From: an uncultured Gemmatimonadota bacterium
GTDB taxonomy: Bacteria; GCA-2686955
Assembly: GCA_964490075.1 (NCBI GenBank)
Contig: CAZBBK010000028.1
Span: forward strand, 1-64,000
DNA: 64,000 nucleotides
Direction of reading: 5' to 3'
The notes below the pieces were generated by a model, which saw only the letters and a program-made list of their open reading frames with translations, was not told where the DNA came from and did not search any database. Both the position numbers and the translations under genes were made by a program. Below, one piece after another: positions 19,148 to 28,363 of this stretch. How positions within the stretch are numbered: the first letter of the stretch is position 1; every line of letters starts with the position of its first letter.

Positions 19148-19783
19148 ATGCCGATGATCGTGGCGATGCCAAAGAGCGCCTCGACCTCGCTGCTGAGGAC
19201 CCTCGGGGATGCCAATCGGCTGCGCGCGCGACAGATTTTTCGCGATCCGCCGCCCCTCTCCGGCAGCCGCCTCGGGCGTCTGCTGCAACGCCCTTTCGGC
19301 GCCGATCCGCCGCGCCTGCGCGACCGCTACCCGGCGCTCGGCTTCGAGATGCTCGCCCGCCTCCACTCCGACGTCTGCGCCCCACCAGCCGAGCGCTTTC
19401 GGCGTATCTTCCGCCATCTCGACCGCGACCTCTACAAGCAGCATCTTCCCCCCACCGCGCCCAACATCGCCGCCCTCGACTCGCGCCCCATCGTGCTGCT
19501 GGCACGCGCCCCCGCCGAGATCGTCGCCGCCTACGCCCGCATCGAGCGCCAGGAGCAGCGCGCCGCCACCCTCTCCTGGCCGCGGCCCGAGCTGACCCGT
19601 CTCGAGGCGGAGCTGGCCGCCTTTCGCGACGGCTGGCGCGTGCGCGACAGGGTTCTCGAGATCGCCTTCGCCAACCTGATCGCCGATCCGCTCGAGCAGA
19701 TCAACCGCATCCAGCGACACCTCGGGTTCGCGCCGCTGGCTAGAGTGACACTGGCGCGCGAGCGCTTTACTGGCGGCGAATAG
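19148..19783 (+). CDS. Sulfotransferase-like P-loop protein
   Basis: N-terminal VAMPKSASTSL resembles the 5'-PSB loop; YKQH, IVLLARAPAEIVAAY (3'-PB-like) and LEIAFANLIADP...RIQRHLG match the sulfotransferase fold. Confidence 0.6.
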   Translation: MPMIVAMPKSASTSLLRTLGDANRLRARQIFRDPPPLSGSRLGRLLQRPFGADPPRLRDRYPALGFEMLARLHSDVCAPPAERFRRIFRHLDRDLYKQHLPPTAPNIAALDSRPIVLLARAPAEIVAAYARIERQEQRAATLSWPRPELTRLEAELAAFRDGWRVRDRVLEIAFANLIADPLEQINRIQRHLGFAPLARVTLARERFTGGE

Positions 19784-19793
19784 TACTCGGTCC

Positions 19794-22349
19794 TCAACCA
19801 GGCACAAAAATCCGAAGCCCCCCCTCCCGGTCACCCGCGTCGTCGCTGATCCGGAAGTAACGGTTTTCCAGGTAGTCTTCGGTCAGGTCGCCCCAGTGGC
19901 CGCTGTCGGGTCCGCCGTTGCCGGTCGGCAGCATCCACCAGGAGCGAATCCCGGTCGGATCGAGCTCGGCGATGAAGCGCATCGCCGCCTGGTGCCGGCA
20001 GCTCAGGTCGGCCGGATCGACGCCGGTCGAGGCCACGTCGACGGTGTAGGCGGCGCCACGCCGGCCGTAGCCGGGCAGTGGCTCCTCGCCCTCCGGCGGC
20101 AGATTGTAGTCGCCGCGCAGCGGATGCAACAGAGTGACGCCGTGGGCATCGCCCCAACGCCACTGGTCCTGGTCGGCGCCGCCGAAGATGTCGGCCAAAG
20201 TGACGATCGCCGCGTCCATGGCGGCAAGGATCGCCTCTTCCCGAGTCTCGCGTGTGAAAAGTGTCGCCAGATCGTCGAAGAGGCTCTCGCCGGTCGCCGA
20301 CTCGGCGGGGTGCTCGAGCACGTAGAGCAGGCCCTTGGATGCCAGTCCGGTGTCCATGAAGAGGGGGTAGGTGGGCCCCATGTCGTCGCCCAAAACCGTG
20401 TCGCAAAGGTGGCCGAACCAGGACTGGAAGATCGAAGGCTCGACCGCATCGGTGCCGGTCTCGAAGCCCCAGTCCCGCAGTCGGTCGATCGCTTCCTCGC
20501 TGGGGCCGGAAACCAGGTCGGGACGGGCGTCGGCGGCGGCGACCAGGTGCGCGGTGAAGCGCTCGGCCATGCTCCAGTGGCCGTCGGCCTGGATGCGCGC
20601 CATGTGCAGCGGGCCCAGCGGCCCGGCGGCGGCCAGCGAATCGATCAGGGTGGCGATGCGCTGGGCACGGAAGCCGGGGGCGTAGGAGGTGCCGTGGTAG
20701 CTGCCCTCGTTCAGCGGCTTGTTGTCGAAGCAGAGGCCGAGGGGATCGTTGTTGGCGGTGGCGATCCAGCCCCGTGGCGGGTCGCTGAGGAAGGGCTGGT
20801 CCTCGGGCGGCAGCGAGCCCTGCCAGTCGAAGAGGCCGCCGCCCGGCAGGATCCACCAGGGCGGCGAGATGCGCGGGAAGCTGCGGCGCGGATAACGCAG
20901 CGGCGCGGCGTAGTGGATGCGCCCCTCGACGTCGCCGTAGATGGCGTTGGCGGCGGTCACCTGGCGGCTCGCCTCGGCGGCCAGGAAGTCGTCGAAGCTG
21001 GTGGTGGTCAGGGCCTCGAGCATGGCGTTGACCTCGCCGCCGGGACGGTGGCCGGTCCACTTGAAGCTGATCGCGTCGAGGCGCAGCGGACCCCACGCGA
21101 GGATCGGACCGTGGTGGGGCACCCAGTAGGTGTCGGGATCGGGGAAGTTGAAAGTGAAGTCGACCAGCTCGCCCTCGAGATTGGCGAGGTAGGTCTCGCG
21201 GGTCTTCTGGATCGGCACCAGGGTGCCGGCGTGCTGCACGAAACCGGGGAGGGGCACGATCTCGTGGAAGAGGTCGAGGTTGTCGGCGTTCAGGGCGGTG
21301 AAGCCGACCGCGTGGTGATCGTTGTGGCCGAAGAGGATGCCGGGCAGAGGGGCGAAGTTGGCGCCGGTGTAGGTCGCGTCGGGGGTGATCATGCGCACCA
21401 GGAAGACTTGGGCGTAGGCCTGGGGGTCGAGGTGGGGGTCGTTGCAGACCAGGGCGTGGCCGGAGGCGCTGAGCTCGGGGCCGACGACCCAGGAGTTGGA
21501 GGCGCCGAGGCGAGCGCTCTCGGCGATTCCGGCGGCGTCGAGGGTGGCGCGCAGGGTGGCGGCGAGCTCGTGCAGCCGGTCCGGGTCGAGGTAGCGGTCC
21601 CGTTCGGCGAGGGCGGCAAGCGCCGCGCCGTCGGCCGGATCGGCGGGAATGCCGCGGGACGCGCGCCGCGGAGCCGGATCATCGGGGTAGATCGCCGGAG
21701 TGTCGGTGGCCGGAGCGACGCGGGTCAGGTCGCGGGCGGTGGCGGGAGGCAGCAGCTCCCGGGGCAGACCGGTGAGGAGCTCGGGCAGGAAGGGCGAGGA
21801 GAGGCCGAAGAGCACCAGAGAGCCGGCGAGCGCGGAGTCGTGGATGGTCCAGTCGGCGATGTCGCCGGCGTCGAGCCCGAGCGCGGCGTACTCCGAAGGC
21901 AGCTCGACGCGGCCGGCCCGAACCCGGGCCAGGAAGGTGTTGATGCCGCGCGCGAAGGCCTCGTAGAGGGCGATGTTGTCGGGGCTGGCGCCCTGGATGA
22001 AGGCGTCGGCGGCGCGGATCAGCTGCAGGCGGCGCAGCAGCAGGTCTGCCGACAGGTTGCCGGGGCCGAAGAGCTCCGCCGTGCGCCCCGAGGCGACGTG
22101 GCGCTGGTGGTCGAGCTGGAAGAGGCGCGCGCTGGCGGCGGCGTAGCCCTGGATCGCGAAGGCGTCCTCCAGGCTCTGGGCCTCGATGTGGGCGACGCCG
22201 TGGTCGTCCCACCACAAGGCGGCGGAGGCGGCGAGCCCGTCGATCGCCAGCGCGGCCGGCGGAGAATCGGCGGCGGCCTGGGCGAGCGGGGCATGGAGGA
22301 GGCCGAAGAGCAGCAGCGCGGCGCGGGAGCGGCGGGGGTGGGAGGGCAT
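19794..22349 (-). CDS. Secreted penicillin acylase family Ntn hydrolase (~851 aa)
   Basis: ATG at 22349 gives a signal peptide (ALLLFGLLHAPLAQA); DDHGVAHIEA, ARLFQLD, beta-chain start SNSWVVGP, NDPHL, HHGP, WIATANN, WRWGDAH. Confidence 0.92.
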   Translation of the reverse strand: MPSHPRRSRAALLLFGLLHAPLAQAAADSPPAALAIDGLAASAALWWDDHGVAHIEAQSLEDAFAIQGYAAASARLFQLDHQRHVASGRTAELFGPGNLSADLLLRRLQLIRAADAFIQGASPDNIALYEAFARGINTFLARVRAGRVELPSEYAALGLDAGDIADWTIHDSALAGSLVLFGLSSPFLPELLTGLPRELLPPATARDLTRVAPATDTPAIYPDDPAPRRASRGIPADPADGAALAALAERDRYLDPDRLHELAATLRATLDAAGIAESARLGASNSWVVGPELSASGHALVCNDPHLDPQAYAQVFLVRMITPDATYTGANFAPLPGILFGHNDHHAVGFTALNADNLDLFHEIVPLPGFVQHAGTLVPIQKTRETYLANLEGELVDFTFNFPDPDTYWVPHHGPILAWGPLRLDAISFKWTGHRPGGEVNAMLEALTTTSFDDFLAAEASRQVTAANAIYGDVEGRIHYAAPLRYPRRSFPRISPPWWILPGGGLFDWQGSLPPEDQPFLSDPPRGWIATANNDPLGLCFDNKPLNEGSYHGTSYAPGFRAQRIATLIDSLAAAGPLGPLHMARIQADGHWSMAERFTAHLVAAADARPDLVSGPSEEAIDRLRDWGFETGTDAVEPSIFQSWFGHLCDTVLGDDMGPTYPLFMDTGLASKGLLYVLEHPAESATGESLFDDLATLFTRETREEAILAAMDAAIVTLADIFGGADQDQWRWGDAHGVTLLHPLRGDYNLPPEGEEPLPGYGRRGAAYTVDVASTGVDPADLSCRHQAAMRFIAELDPTGIRSWWMLPTGNGGPDSGHWGDLTEDYLENRYFRISDDAGDREGGLRIFVPG

Positions 22350-22514
22350 GGAGGGGCTCTCGGTGGAGGGATTTTGGATGGATGGGGACGGGGCCCAGGA
22401 CAGGATAATGTGTCGGCGGCGCGAGGGCCGCGCGGCGCGGCGGGCAGCCGGGGCGAATCTGCTACTGTCCGGAACGCTTTCGCCCCTGATCCACTCCCAA
22501 TCCGGCCGATCTCG

Positions 22515-23492
22515 ATGGACCTCAGCGTTGTCGTTCCGCTCTTCGACGAAGAAGAGAGCCTGGAGGATCTCTACGCCGAGATCCGCGCGGCGCTGGAGCC
22601 GGAGGGGCTGGACTGGGAGCTGATCTTCGTCGACGACGGGTCGACCGACGGCGGCTTCGAGGTGCTGCGCGGGCTGCACGAGGGCGATCCCGGGCGGGTG
22701 CGGGTGATCTCGTTTCGCAAGAACAGCGGCAAGGCCCACGCGCTGGCCGAGGGCTTCGCCCACGCCCGCGGCCGCCGCATCGTGACCCTCGACGCCGACC
22801 TGCAGGACGTGCCGGCGGAGATCCCCCGCCTGCTGGGGGCGCTCGAGGACGGGCTCGACCTGGTCTCGGGATGGAAGCGAAAACGCCGCGATCCGCTCTC
22901 CAAGACGATCCCCTCGCGGCTCTTCAACTTCGTGACGGCCAAGACCACCGGCATCGACATCCACGACTTCAACTGCGGTTTGAAGGCCTACCGGCGCGAG
23001 GTGACGGAGGCGATTCCGGTCTACGGAGAGCTGCACCGCTACCTGCCGGTGCTGGCCAACTGGCAGGGCTTCGCGGTGGGCGAGGTCGAGGTGCGCCACC
23101 GGCCGCGCACCCGCGGCCGCACCAAGTACGGGCTGAGCCGCTTTCTCAACGGCTTTCTCGATCTGTTGACGGTGATCTTGCTGACCCGCTACGACCACAA
23201 GCCCCTGCATCTCTTCGGCGGGATCGGCGCGCTGCTCCTGGCGCTGGGGGGCGGGGCGCTGAGCTACCTGGTCGCCGGCTGGTTCCTGGGCGTCTGGATC
23301 GGCGATCGACCCCTGCTGCCGCTGTCGATCCTGGTGACGCTGACCGGGCTGCAGTTCCTGCTCTTCGGGCTCCTGGCGGAGCTGGTCTCGGCGCACCACG
23401 CCTCGACGCGGGCGCCGATCCGGCGCACCCTGGGGCTCGAGGCCGCGGCCGAGGCGCGGACCGGAGACGAGGCAGCGGCGCGGCGTGGTTGA
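22515..23492 (+). CDS. GT2 polyprenyl-phosphate glycosyltransferase (GtrB/ArnC-like, two C-terminal TM helices)
   Basis: LSVVVPLFDEEESL, FVDDGSTDG, TLDADLQD, HDFNCGLKAYR, GELHRYLP. Real start is at 22515 inside the long 19896..23492 ORF. Confidence 0.92.
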   Translation: MDLSVVVPLFDEEESLEDLYAEIRAALEPEGLDWELIFVDDGSTDGGFEVLRGLHEGDPGRVRVISFRKNSGKAHALAEGFAHARGRRIVTLDADLQDVPAEIPRLLGALEDGLDLVSGWKRKRRDPLSKTIPSRLFNFVTAKTTGIDIHDFNCGLKAYRREVTEAIPVYGELHRYLPVLANWQGFAVGEVEVRHRPRTRGRTKYGLSRFLNGFLDLLTVILLTRYDHKPLHLFGGIGALLLALGGGALSYLVAGWFLGVWIGDRPLLPLSILVTLTGLQFLLFGLLAELVSAHHASTRAPIRRTLGLEAAAEARTGDEAAARRG

Positions 23493-24666
23493 GGCGAACG
23501 CGCAGCGAGGAGGCGGGGCCGACGTGGGGATCGTCGGGCCGACCTATCCCCTGCGCGGCGGGCAGGCGCTCTTGCTCGGGCACGTGCACGAGGCGCTGGA
23601 GCGGCGCGGGCTCGAGACACGCGTGATCACCTTCGCGCGGCTCTATCCGCGGCTGCTCTTCCCGGGCAAGCGCGAGGACAACGCCAGCGCGCGGCCGGTG
23701 AAGGCGATCCCCTCCGAAGCGCTGCTCACGCCCACCGACCCCCGGACCTGGCGGCGGGCGCTGCGCGCCCTCGAGGATGGGCCTGGCGGGGCCCCGCGGA
23801 TGCTGCTGATGACCTGGTGGAACCCCTTCTTCGGGCCGATGTTCCGCGCCATCGCCCGCGGCGCGCGGCGGCGCTTCGGGGCGCCGACCCTGATGATCTG
23901 CGAGAACGTGGTGTCGCACGAGGGGCGTGTCATCGACGGGCTGCTGACGCGCATCGGCCTGGCCGAGCCGGCGGAGTTCATCGTGCTTTCGGAGGCGGTG
24001 CGCGAGCAATTGCGCCGCTACCGGCCCGACGCGCCGCTGCATCGCTCGCGGCTGCCGGTCTACGACTGCTACGGCGCGCCGCCGGGGCGGGCGGAGGCGC
24101 GCGCGCAGCTCGGCATCGCCGAGGACAAGGTGGTGCTCTTCTTCGGCCTGGTGCGGGCCTACAAGGGGCTGGATCTCTTGATCGACGCCTTCGCGCGCGC
24201 GGCGCCGCGGGTGGCCGGGATGCGCCTCCTGGTGGTGGGGGAGTTCTACGAGGGGGAGCGGGAGCGGCGCGAGCAGATCGAAGAGCTCGGGATCGCGCAG
24301 AGCACCACGGTGGTCGCCGACTACGTGCCGGATGAGCGGGTGGCCCGCTACTTCGGAGCGGCCGATTGCGTGGTGCTGCCCTACCGCTCGGCGACCCAGA
24401 GTGGAATCACGCAAGTCGCTCTGGGGATGGGAGTTCCGATGATCGCTACGGCCGTGGGCGGGCTTCCGGAGGTGGTCCGGCCGGGCGTGAACGGAGTGCT
24501 GGTGCCGCCCGACGACGCCCAAGCTCTGGGCGACGCGCTGGTGCGCTTCTTCGAGGAGGAGCAGGGGGTGGGGTTGCGGCGGCGGATGGAGGAGGCGCGG
24601 GGGAGTGGGGAGCGGGCGGAAGATGAGATCGCGGGGGTGGTGGCTGGGTTTTTGGGGGCGAGATGA
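23485..24666 (+). CDS. GT4 family glycosyltransferase
   Basis: GPTYPLRGG, LFFGLVRAYKGLDLL, VLPYRSATQSG, TAVGGLPEVV. Confidence 0.92.
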   Translation: MVEANAQRGGGADVGIVGPTYPLRGGQALLLGHVHEALERRGLETRVITFARLYPRLLFPGKREDNASARPVKAIPSEALLTPTDPRTWRRALRALEDGPGGAPRMLLMTWWNPFFGPMFRAIARGARRRFGAPTLMICENVVSHEGRVIDGLLTRIGLAEPAEFIVLSEAVREQLRRYRPDAPLHRSRLPVYDCYGAPPGRAEARAQLGIAEDKVVLFFGLVRAYKGLDLLIDAFARAAPRVAGMRLLVVGEFYEGERERREQIEELGIAQSTTVVADYVPDERVARYFGAADCVVLPYRSATQSGITQVALGMGVPMIATAVGGLPEVVRPGVNGVLVPPDDAQALGDALVRFFEEEQGVGLRRRMEEARGSGERAEDEIAGVVAGFLGAR

Positions 24667-26111
24667 GAAAGACCGGAATGATGCATCCAACGATGATCCG
24701 TTGCGGAGCGCTCCTCTTGTGCGTTGCTGCTCTCCTGGGAACGGGGTGCGAAGCAGATTCTCCGCAGAGCCGGTCGCCATCGGCCGGAGCCACCGATCCG
24801 CCGCAGCTCGGTTCCTCCGCAGCGCAGGTCTCCGACTCGACCGAGTTGATCGTCCTCGGCCTCGACGGCGCGACCTTTCACGTCATCGACGAGCTGATCG
24901 CCGCCGGCCGCCTCCCGAACTTCGAGCGACTGATCGCCACCGGTGCGCGTGCCGTGCTCAATTCGGAGCGCCCGCTGCGCTCGCCACCGATCTGGACCAC
25001 CATTGCGACCGGGAGGACCCGCGAGGACCACGGCATCGAGTCGTTCTTCGTGGAGACCGACGATGGCAGGAAGATCCCGGTTACCAGCCGCATGCGCAAG
25101 AGCCGGACTTTCTGGGAGATCTTGGCGGAGAAAGGTGTGTCCACCGGCATCGTCGGATGGTGGCCGAGTTGGCCCGCAGATTCGCTCGCCAACGGCTTCA
25201 TCGTGGCCGATCGCGCCTGGCCCATCCAATTCAGTCCAAACGCGGTCCCCTACGGAGCCCGGAGAGACTCCCAAGGGCAGCTGGCCGAGTGGGACATGGC
25301 GGGGCGCACCTGGCCGCCGGATCTGTTCGAGGAGTTCCGGCCTTTCATCCTCACCGAGGAGTCGGTCGTCAACCCCCGCTACACCAAGGCGATCTTCGGA
25401 GTAGACGCCAAGCCGTCCAAGGAGATGTGGAACGCATACTGGGCGTTCGCCAAAGACCACACATTTTTCCGTGCAGGAGTGCATTTCCTGAACGCGCGCT
25501 CTCCGCGTGTCTTCGTGTTTTACCTGGAGGGGCCGGACGTGATGTCGCACTACTACTGGCATTACCGAGACTCCGAGGGCTTCGAGATCGACCAGGCAAA
25601 GCGCGAGCTTTTCGGAGAGGTCGTGAATCGGTACTATGTCTACTGCGACGGTGTGATTGCTGCTCTGCAGGAGGCTGCCGGAAAGGGAGCCTCGATTGTC
25701 GTCGTTTCCGATCACGGGTTCACGACCTTCCCCGATCTCAAGGAGCGCTGGGAGCGAGGCGAGACGATCGAGCACGGCGGCGGCCAGGGTGGCTATCCTT
25801 TCTGGCACGATGTAGGCGGGATTTTCTTGGCTGCAGGGCCCGGTTTCGCTGCCGGGGAAGAGTTGCCGGACGCATCCATCTACGATGTTGCGCCCACGAT
25901 TCTCTATCGCATGGACACCGCCACCGGAGCCGACATGCCCGGGAAGATCCTGGCCAGCGCCTTCTCTGAGTCGTTTCGCGTCGCTCACCACCCCAGAACA
26001 GTTCCGACCTGGGAGCGCAAGGGACTGAGACCTGAGGCACCCGCACTTGCGCCCAGTGCCGTGGATGACGCGATTCTGGAGAAGCTCAAGTCGCTTGGCT
26101 ATGTGAATTGA
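24663..26111 (+). CDS. Alkaline phosphatase superfamily (type I phosphodiesterase/NPP-like) lipoprotein
   Basis: Lipobox-like LLGTGC; VLGLDGAT, SPPIWTTIATG, DVMSHYYW, VSDHGF, DVAPTIL; C-terminal LKSLGYVN. Confidence 0.85.
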   Translation: MRKTGMMHPTMIRCGALLLCVAALLGTGCEADSPQSRSPSAGATDPPQLGSSAAQVSDSTELIVLGLDGATFHVIDELIAAGRLPNFERLIATGARAVLNSERPLRSPPIWTTIATGRTREDHGIESFFVETDDGRKIPVTSRMRKSRTFWEILAEKGVSTGIVGWWPSWPADSLANGFIVADRAWPIQFSPNAVPYGARRDSQGQLAEWDMAGRTWPPDLFEEFRPFILTEESVVNPRYTKAIFGVDAKPSKEMWNAYWAFAKDHTFFRAGVHFLNARSPRVFVFYLEGPDVMSHYYWHYRDSEGFEIDQAKRELFGEVVNRYYVYCDGVIAALQEAAGKGASIVVVSDHGFTTFPDLKERWERGETIEHGGGQGGYPFWHDVGGIFLAAGPGFAAGEELPDASIYDVAPTILYRMDTATGADMPGKILASAFSESFRVAHHPRTVPTWERKGLRPEAPALAPSAVDDAILEKLKSLGYVN

Positions 26112-26119
26112 CCGCAGCC

Positions 26120-26956
26120 ATGGATGAGTACACCAAGACCACCAAGAGCTGGCTCGAGGACGAGTTTCAGGCGTATGGGGACGCTTGCTACAACGATTAC
26201 TTCGATCTGAAGCGCTTCGATCGCAGCCAAGCCGAGCACTACTTCTACAACCTCGTTCAGATGAGCCACCTGCGGCGTTTTCGCTTTCGTTCCTTCGTCG
26301 ATCTCGGAGGCGCGGAAGGAAGCTACGCATTCCATGTGCGCAAGGCGTGCGCGTCGTTCACCGCCAACCTGGACTTGTCCTGGACCGCGGTTCGCAAAGG
26401 AATGAGGCTCTTCGGCCGCCCGGGGTGCGTGGCGGACGTTCATGCGTTGCCGCTGCGTGACGGGTCCTTCGAGATGGCGTTCTCGTCGAACTCCCTGGAG
26501 CATGTTTCTCGGCCGCAGGAAGCGCTCGCTGAGATGGCCCGGATCGCTGCTCGGAGCGTGGTCGTGATCACTCCGGGACGTTGGACCAAGAGGAGCAAGG
26601 ATCGCTTCTGTGATCCGTCCCCTGAGACGCGCCATCGACACCTACATTTCTTTTCTCCGGACGACTATCGGCGCATGCTACCAGGGCACGCGCTCGAGCT
26701 CAGGGGAGTGGGCTTCGTCCCCCTCTACTACCTGAGCGTGCTGGCCTCGCGGCGCGAGGTGACCGATCGCCAGCGTCGCAAGTACTCCGCTGCTCAGCTC
26801 GCCGTCTATCGACTGGTTCGTGGCCTGGGCCTGATCTCGGGCGCCTGGACCATCCGCCTGGCCGCCCGCCTCGATCCCCTACTCTCACGCCTGTTCCGGC
26901 GCTGGACGACGCATATCATGGTCATCGCGCGGGCTGCGCCACCAGGCACCCCTTGA
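26120..26956 (+). CDS. Class I SAM-dependent methyltransferase
   Basis: FVDLGGAEG (motif I), ADVHALPLRDGSFE, SNSLEHV, LAEMARIA. Confidence 0.85.
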   Translation: MDEYTKTTKSWLEDEFQAYGDACYNDYFDLKRFDRSQAEHYFYNLVQMSHLRRFRFRSFVDLGGAEGSYAFHVRKACASFTANLDLSWTAVRKGMRLFGRPGCVADVHALPLRDGSFEMAFSSNSLEHVSRPQEALAEMARIAARSVVVITPGRWTKRSKDRFCDPSPETRHRHLHFFSPDDYRRMLPGHALELRGVGFVPLYYLSVLASRREVTDRQRRKYSAAQLAVYRLVRGLGLISGAWTIRLAARLDPLLSRLFRRWTTHIMVIARAAPPGTP

Positions 26957-26959
26957 TGG

Positions 26960-28246
26960 CTACAGCTGTGGCGTTGCGGTCGATTCGTCGGCCTCGTCAG
27001 TGCTCAGGGGACCGAGCCATAGCCTACCGCCGGGGCCGCCATAGGCCCCCATGTCCGACAGCTGGGGGCTGTTGTAGTACCAGTCCGGCCACGGGTGACC
27101 GTCCGGGATCTCCGGGTTTCCGGAGTCGATGCAGGGCGAGCTGGTCTTGAGCAGATAGCGAAATCCCTCCCGCTCACCGAATCTTGGATCTCCGCTGATG
27201 TTGCCGATGCCGTCCCAGATTCCCTGCACATCCGAATAGCTGATCCGCACCTCTCCGGTCTCGATGTTGATCTGCTGCGGCCGGTTGCTCCACAGGATCG
27301 AGTTCTCGACCAAGGTGTTGGACGAGTACAGATTTTGAATGCCGCCGCCGATCTGGGCTTCGTTTTCCACCAGCGTGCAGTTCAGCAGCGCAACTCTGTC
27401 GCAGCGAGTGCTGATCAATGCACCGCCTTCGTGCGATGCGTGATTGAGGGCGCAGAGCACGTTCTCGAAATGATGCGATCCACGGATCGCCATCAGTGCT
27501 CCACCGCGCTCCGCCCGGTTGGCGATGAAGGTGCAATTGGTGACGATGCCGTTGGAGTTGTACAAGTGCAGCCCGCCAGATTCGTAGTCGGCTTCGTTGG
27601 CCTCGAAGTGGCAGCGGTGGATTACTGGCGAGCTGCCCTCCGAGGTCAGGCCGCCGCCGTTGTGGCTGGAGATGTTGCCTACGAACACGCAGTCGACCAC
27701 GTGCGCGGCCGAATGGTAGAGATAGAGTCCACCGCCCCCCATCGTTGCCGCCATGTTCCTCTCGAAGTGACAGGACTCGAATCTGGGATCACCGAGGGCG
27801 ACATAGACACCTCCGGCGCGATGGTCCGCCAAATTGCCGACGATGCGGCAATGATGAATGGTCGGTGAGGAGGCCGTCACGTAGATCGCGGCACCGGTGT
27901 GGGCATTGCCTCCGGTGAGGGTCAGACCCGCCAGGACGCAATGTTCCGACTCCCTGGACTCGAAGAGGAAATGGCGGTCCCTTTCCGCTGCGTCGATGAT
28001 CGTGCGCTCCACGATCTCAGGATTGTGCGGATCGACGCTGCGCACGGCGATTTGCTTTCCGTGGAAGTTCATCCCCCACTCGGAATAGGCCCCTGGAGCG
28101 ATGATCACCTGATCACCGTCTTCGGCGGCGTCGATGGCGTCCTGGATCGACTCGAAGTCCGCCGGAACATGGATCTCGGCCGCTGGTGTCCAGACCGCCA
28201 GGGCGAGGGAGCAGATGGCGAGCAGGATCGAGCGAGTGCCCTTCAT
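26960..28246 (-). CDS. Secreted right-handed beta-helix (pectin-lyase fold, GGA/FxxN repeat) protein
   Basis: Signal peptide; IHVPADFESIQDAIDAA start; repeated GGG(L/I)...F..N units; C-terminal SSPCIDSGNP...DMGAYGGP. Confidence 0.85.
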   Translation of the reverse strand: MKGTRSILLAICSLALAVWTPAAEIHVPADFESIQDAIDAAEDGDQVIIAPGAYSEWGMNFHGKQIAVRSVDPHNPEIVERTIIDAAERDRHFLFESRESEHCVLAGLTLTGGNAHTGAAIYVTASSPTIHHCRIVGNLADHRAGGVYVALGDPRFESCHFERNMAATMGGGGLYLYHSAAHVVDCVFVGNISSHNGGGLTSEGSSPVIHRCHFEANEADYESGGLHLYNSNGIVTNCTFIANRAERGGALMAIRGSHHFENVLCALNHASHEGGALISTRCDRVALLNCTLVENEAQIGGGIQNLYSSNTLVENSILWSNRPQQINIETGEVRISYSDVQGIWDGIGNISGDPRFGEREGFRYLLKTSSPCIDSGNPEIPDGHPWPDWYYNSPQLSDMGAYGGPGGRLWLGPLSTDEADESTATPQL

Positions 28247-28328
28247 GGCGCATTCCCTTCGCTGGATGGGTATTTCGCGAACATGCCTCCGTTGGCAGCA
28301 CGATCAGGGTAACACGGGGGACGGTCCC

Positions 28329-28357
28329 TTGAGCACGCGGCGCTGCTTCGATAGCGT
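28329..28357 (+). promoter_or_regulatory. Putative sigma70 promoter, probably giving a leaderless GT9 transcript
   Basis: TTGAGC (28329-28334), 17-nt spacer, TAGCGT (28352-28357); ATG only 6 nt downstream and no Shine-Dalgarno sequence. Confidence 0.5.
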
Positions 28358-28363
28358 TAGCGG

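Noticed and set aside
19896-23492. Apparent 1198-aa giant glycosyltransferase and the mirror 1201-aa acylase ORF (19794..23399)
   Set aside because: Each N-terminal extension is the antisense of the divergent neighbour. Real starts are 22515 (+) and 22349 (-).
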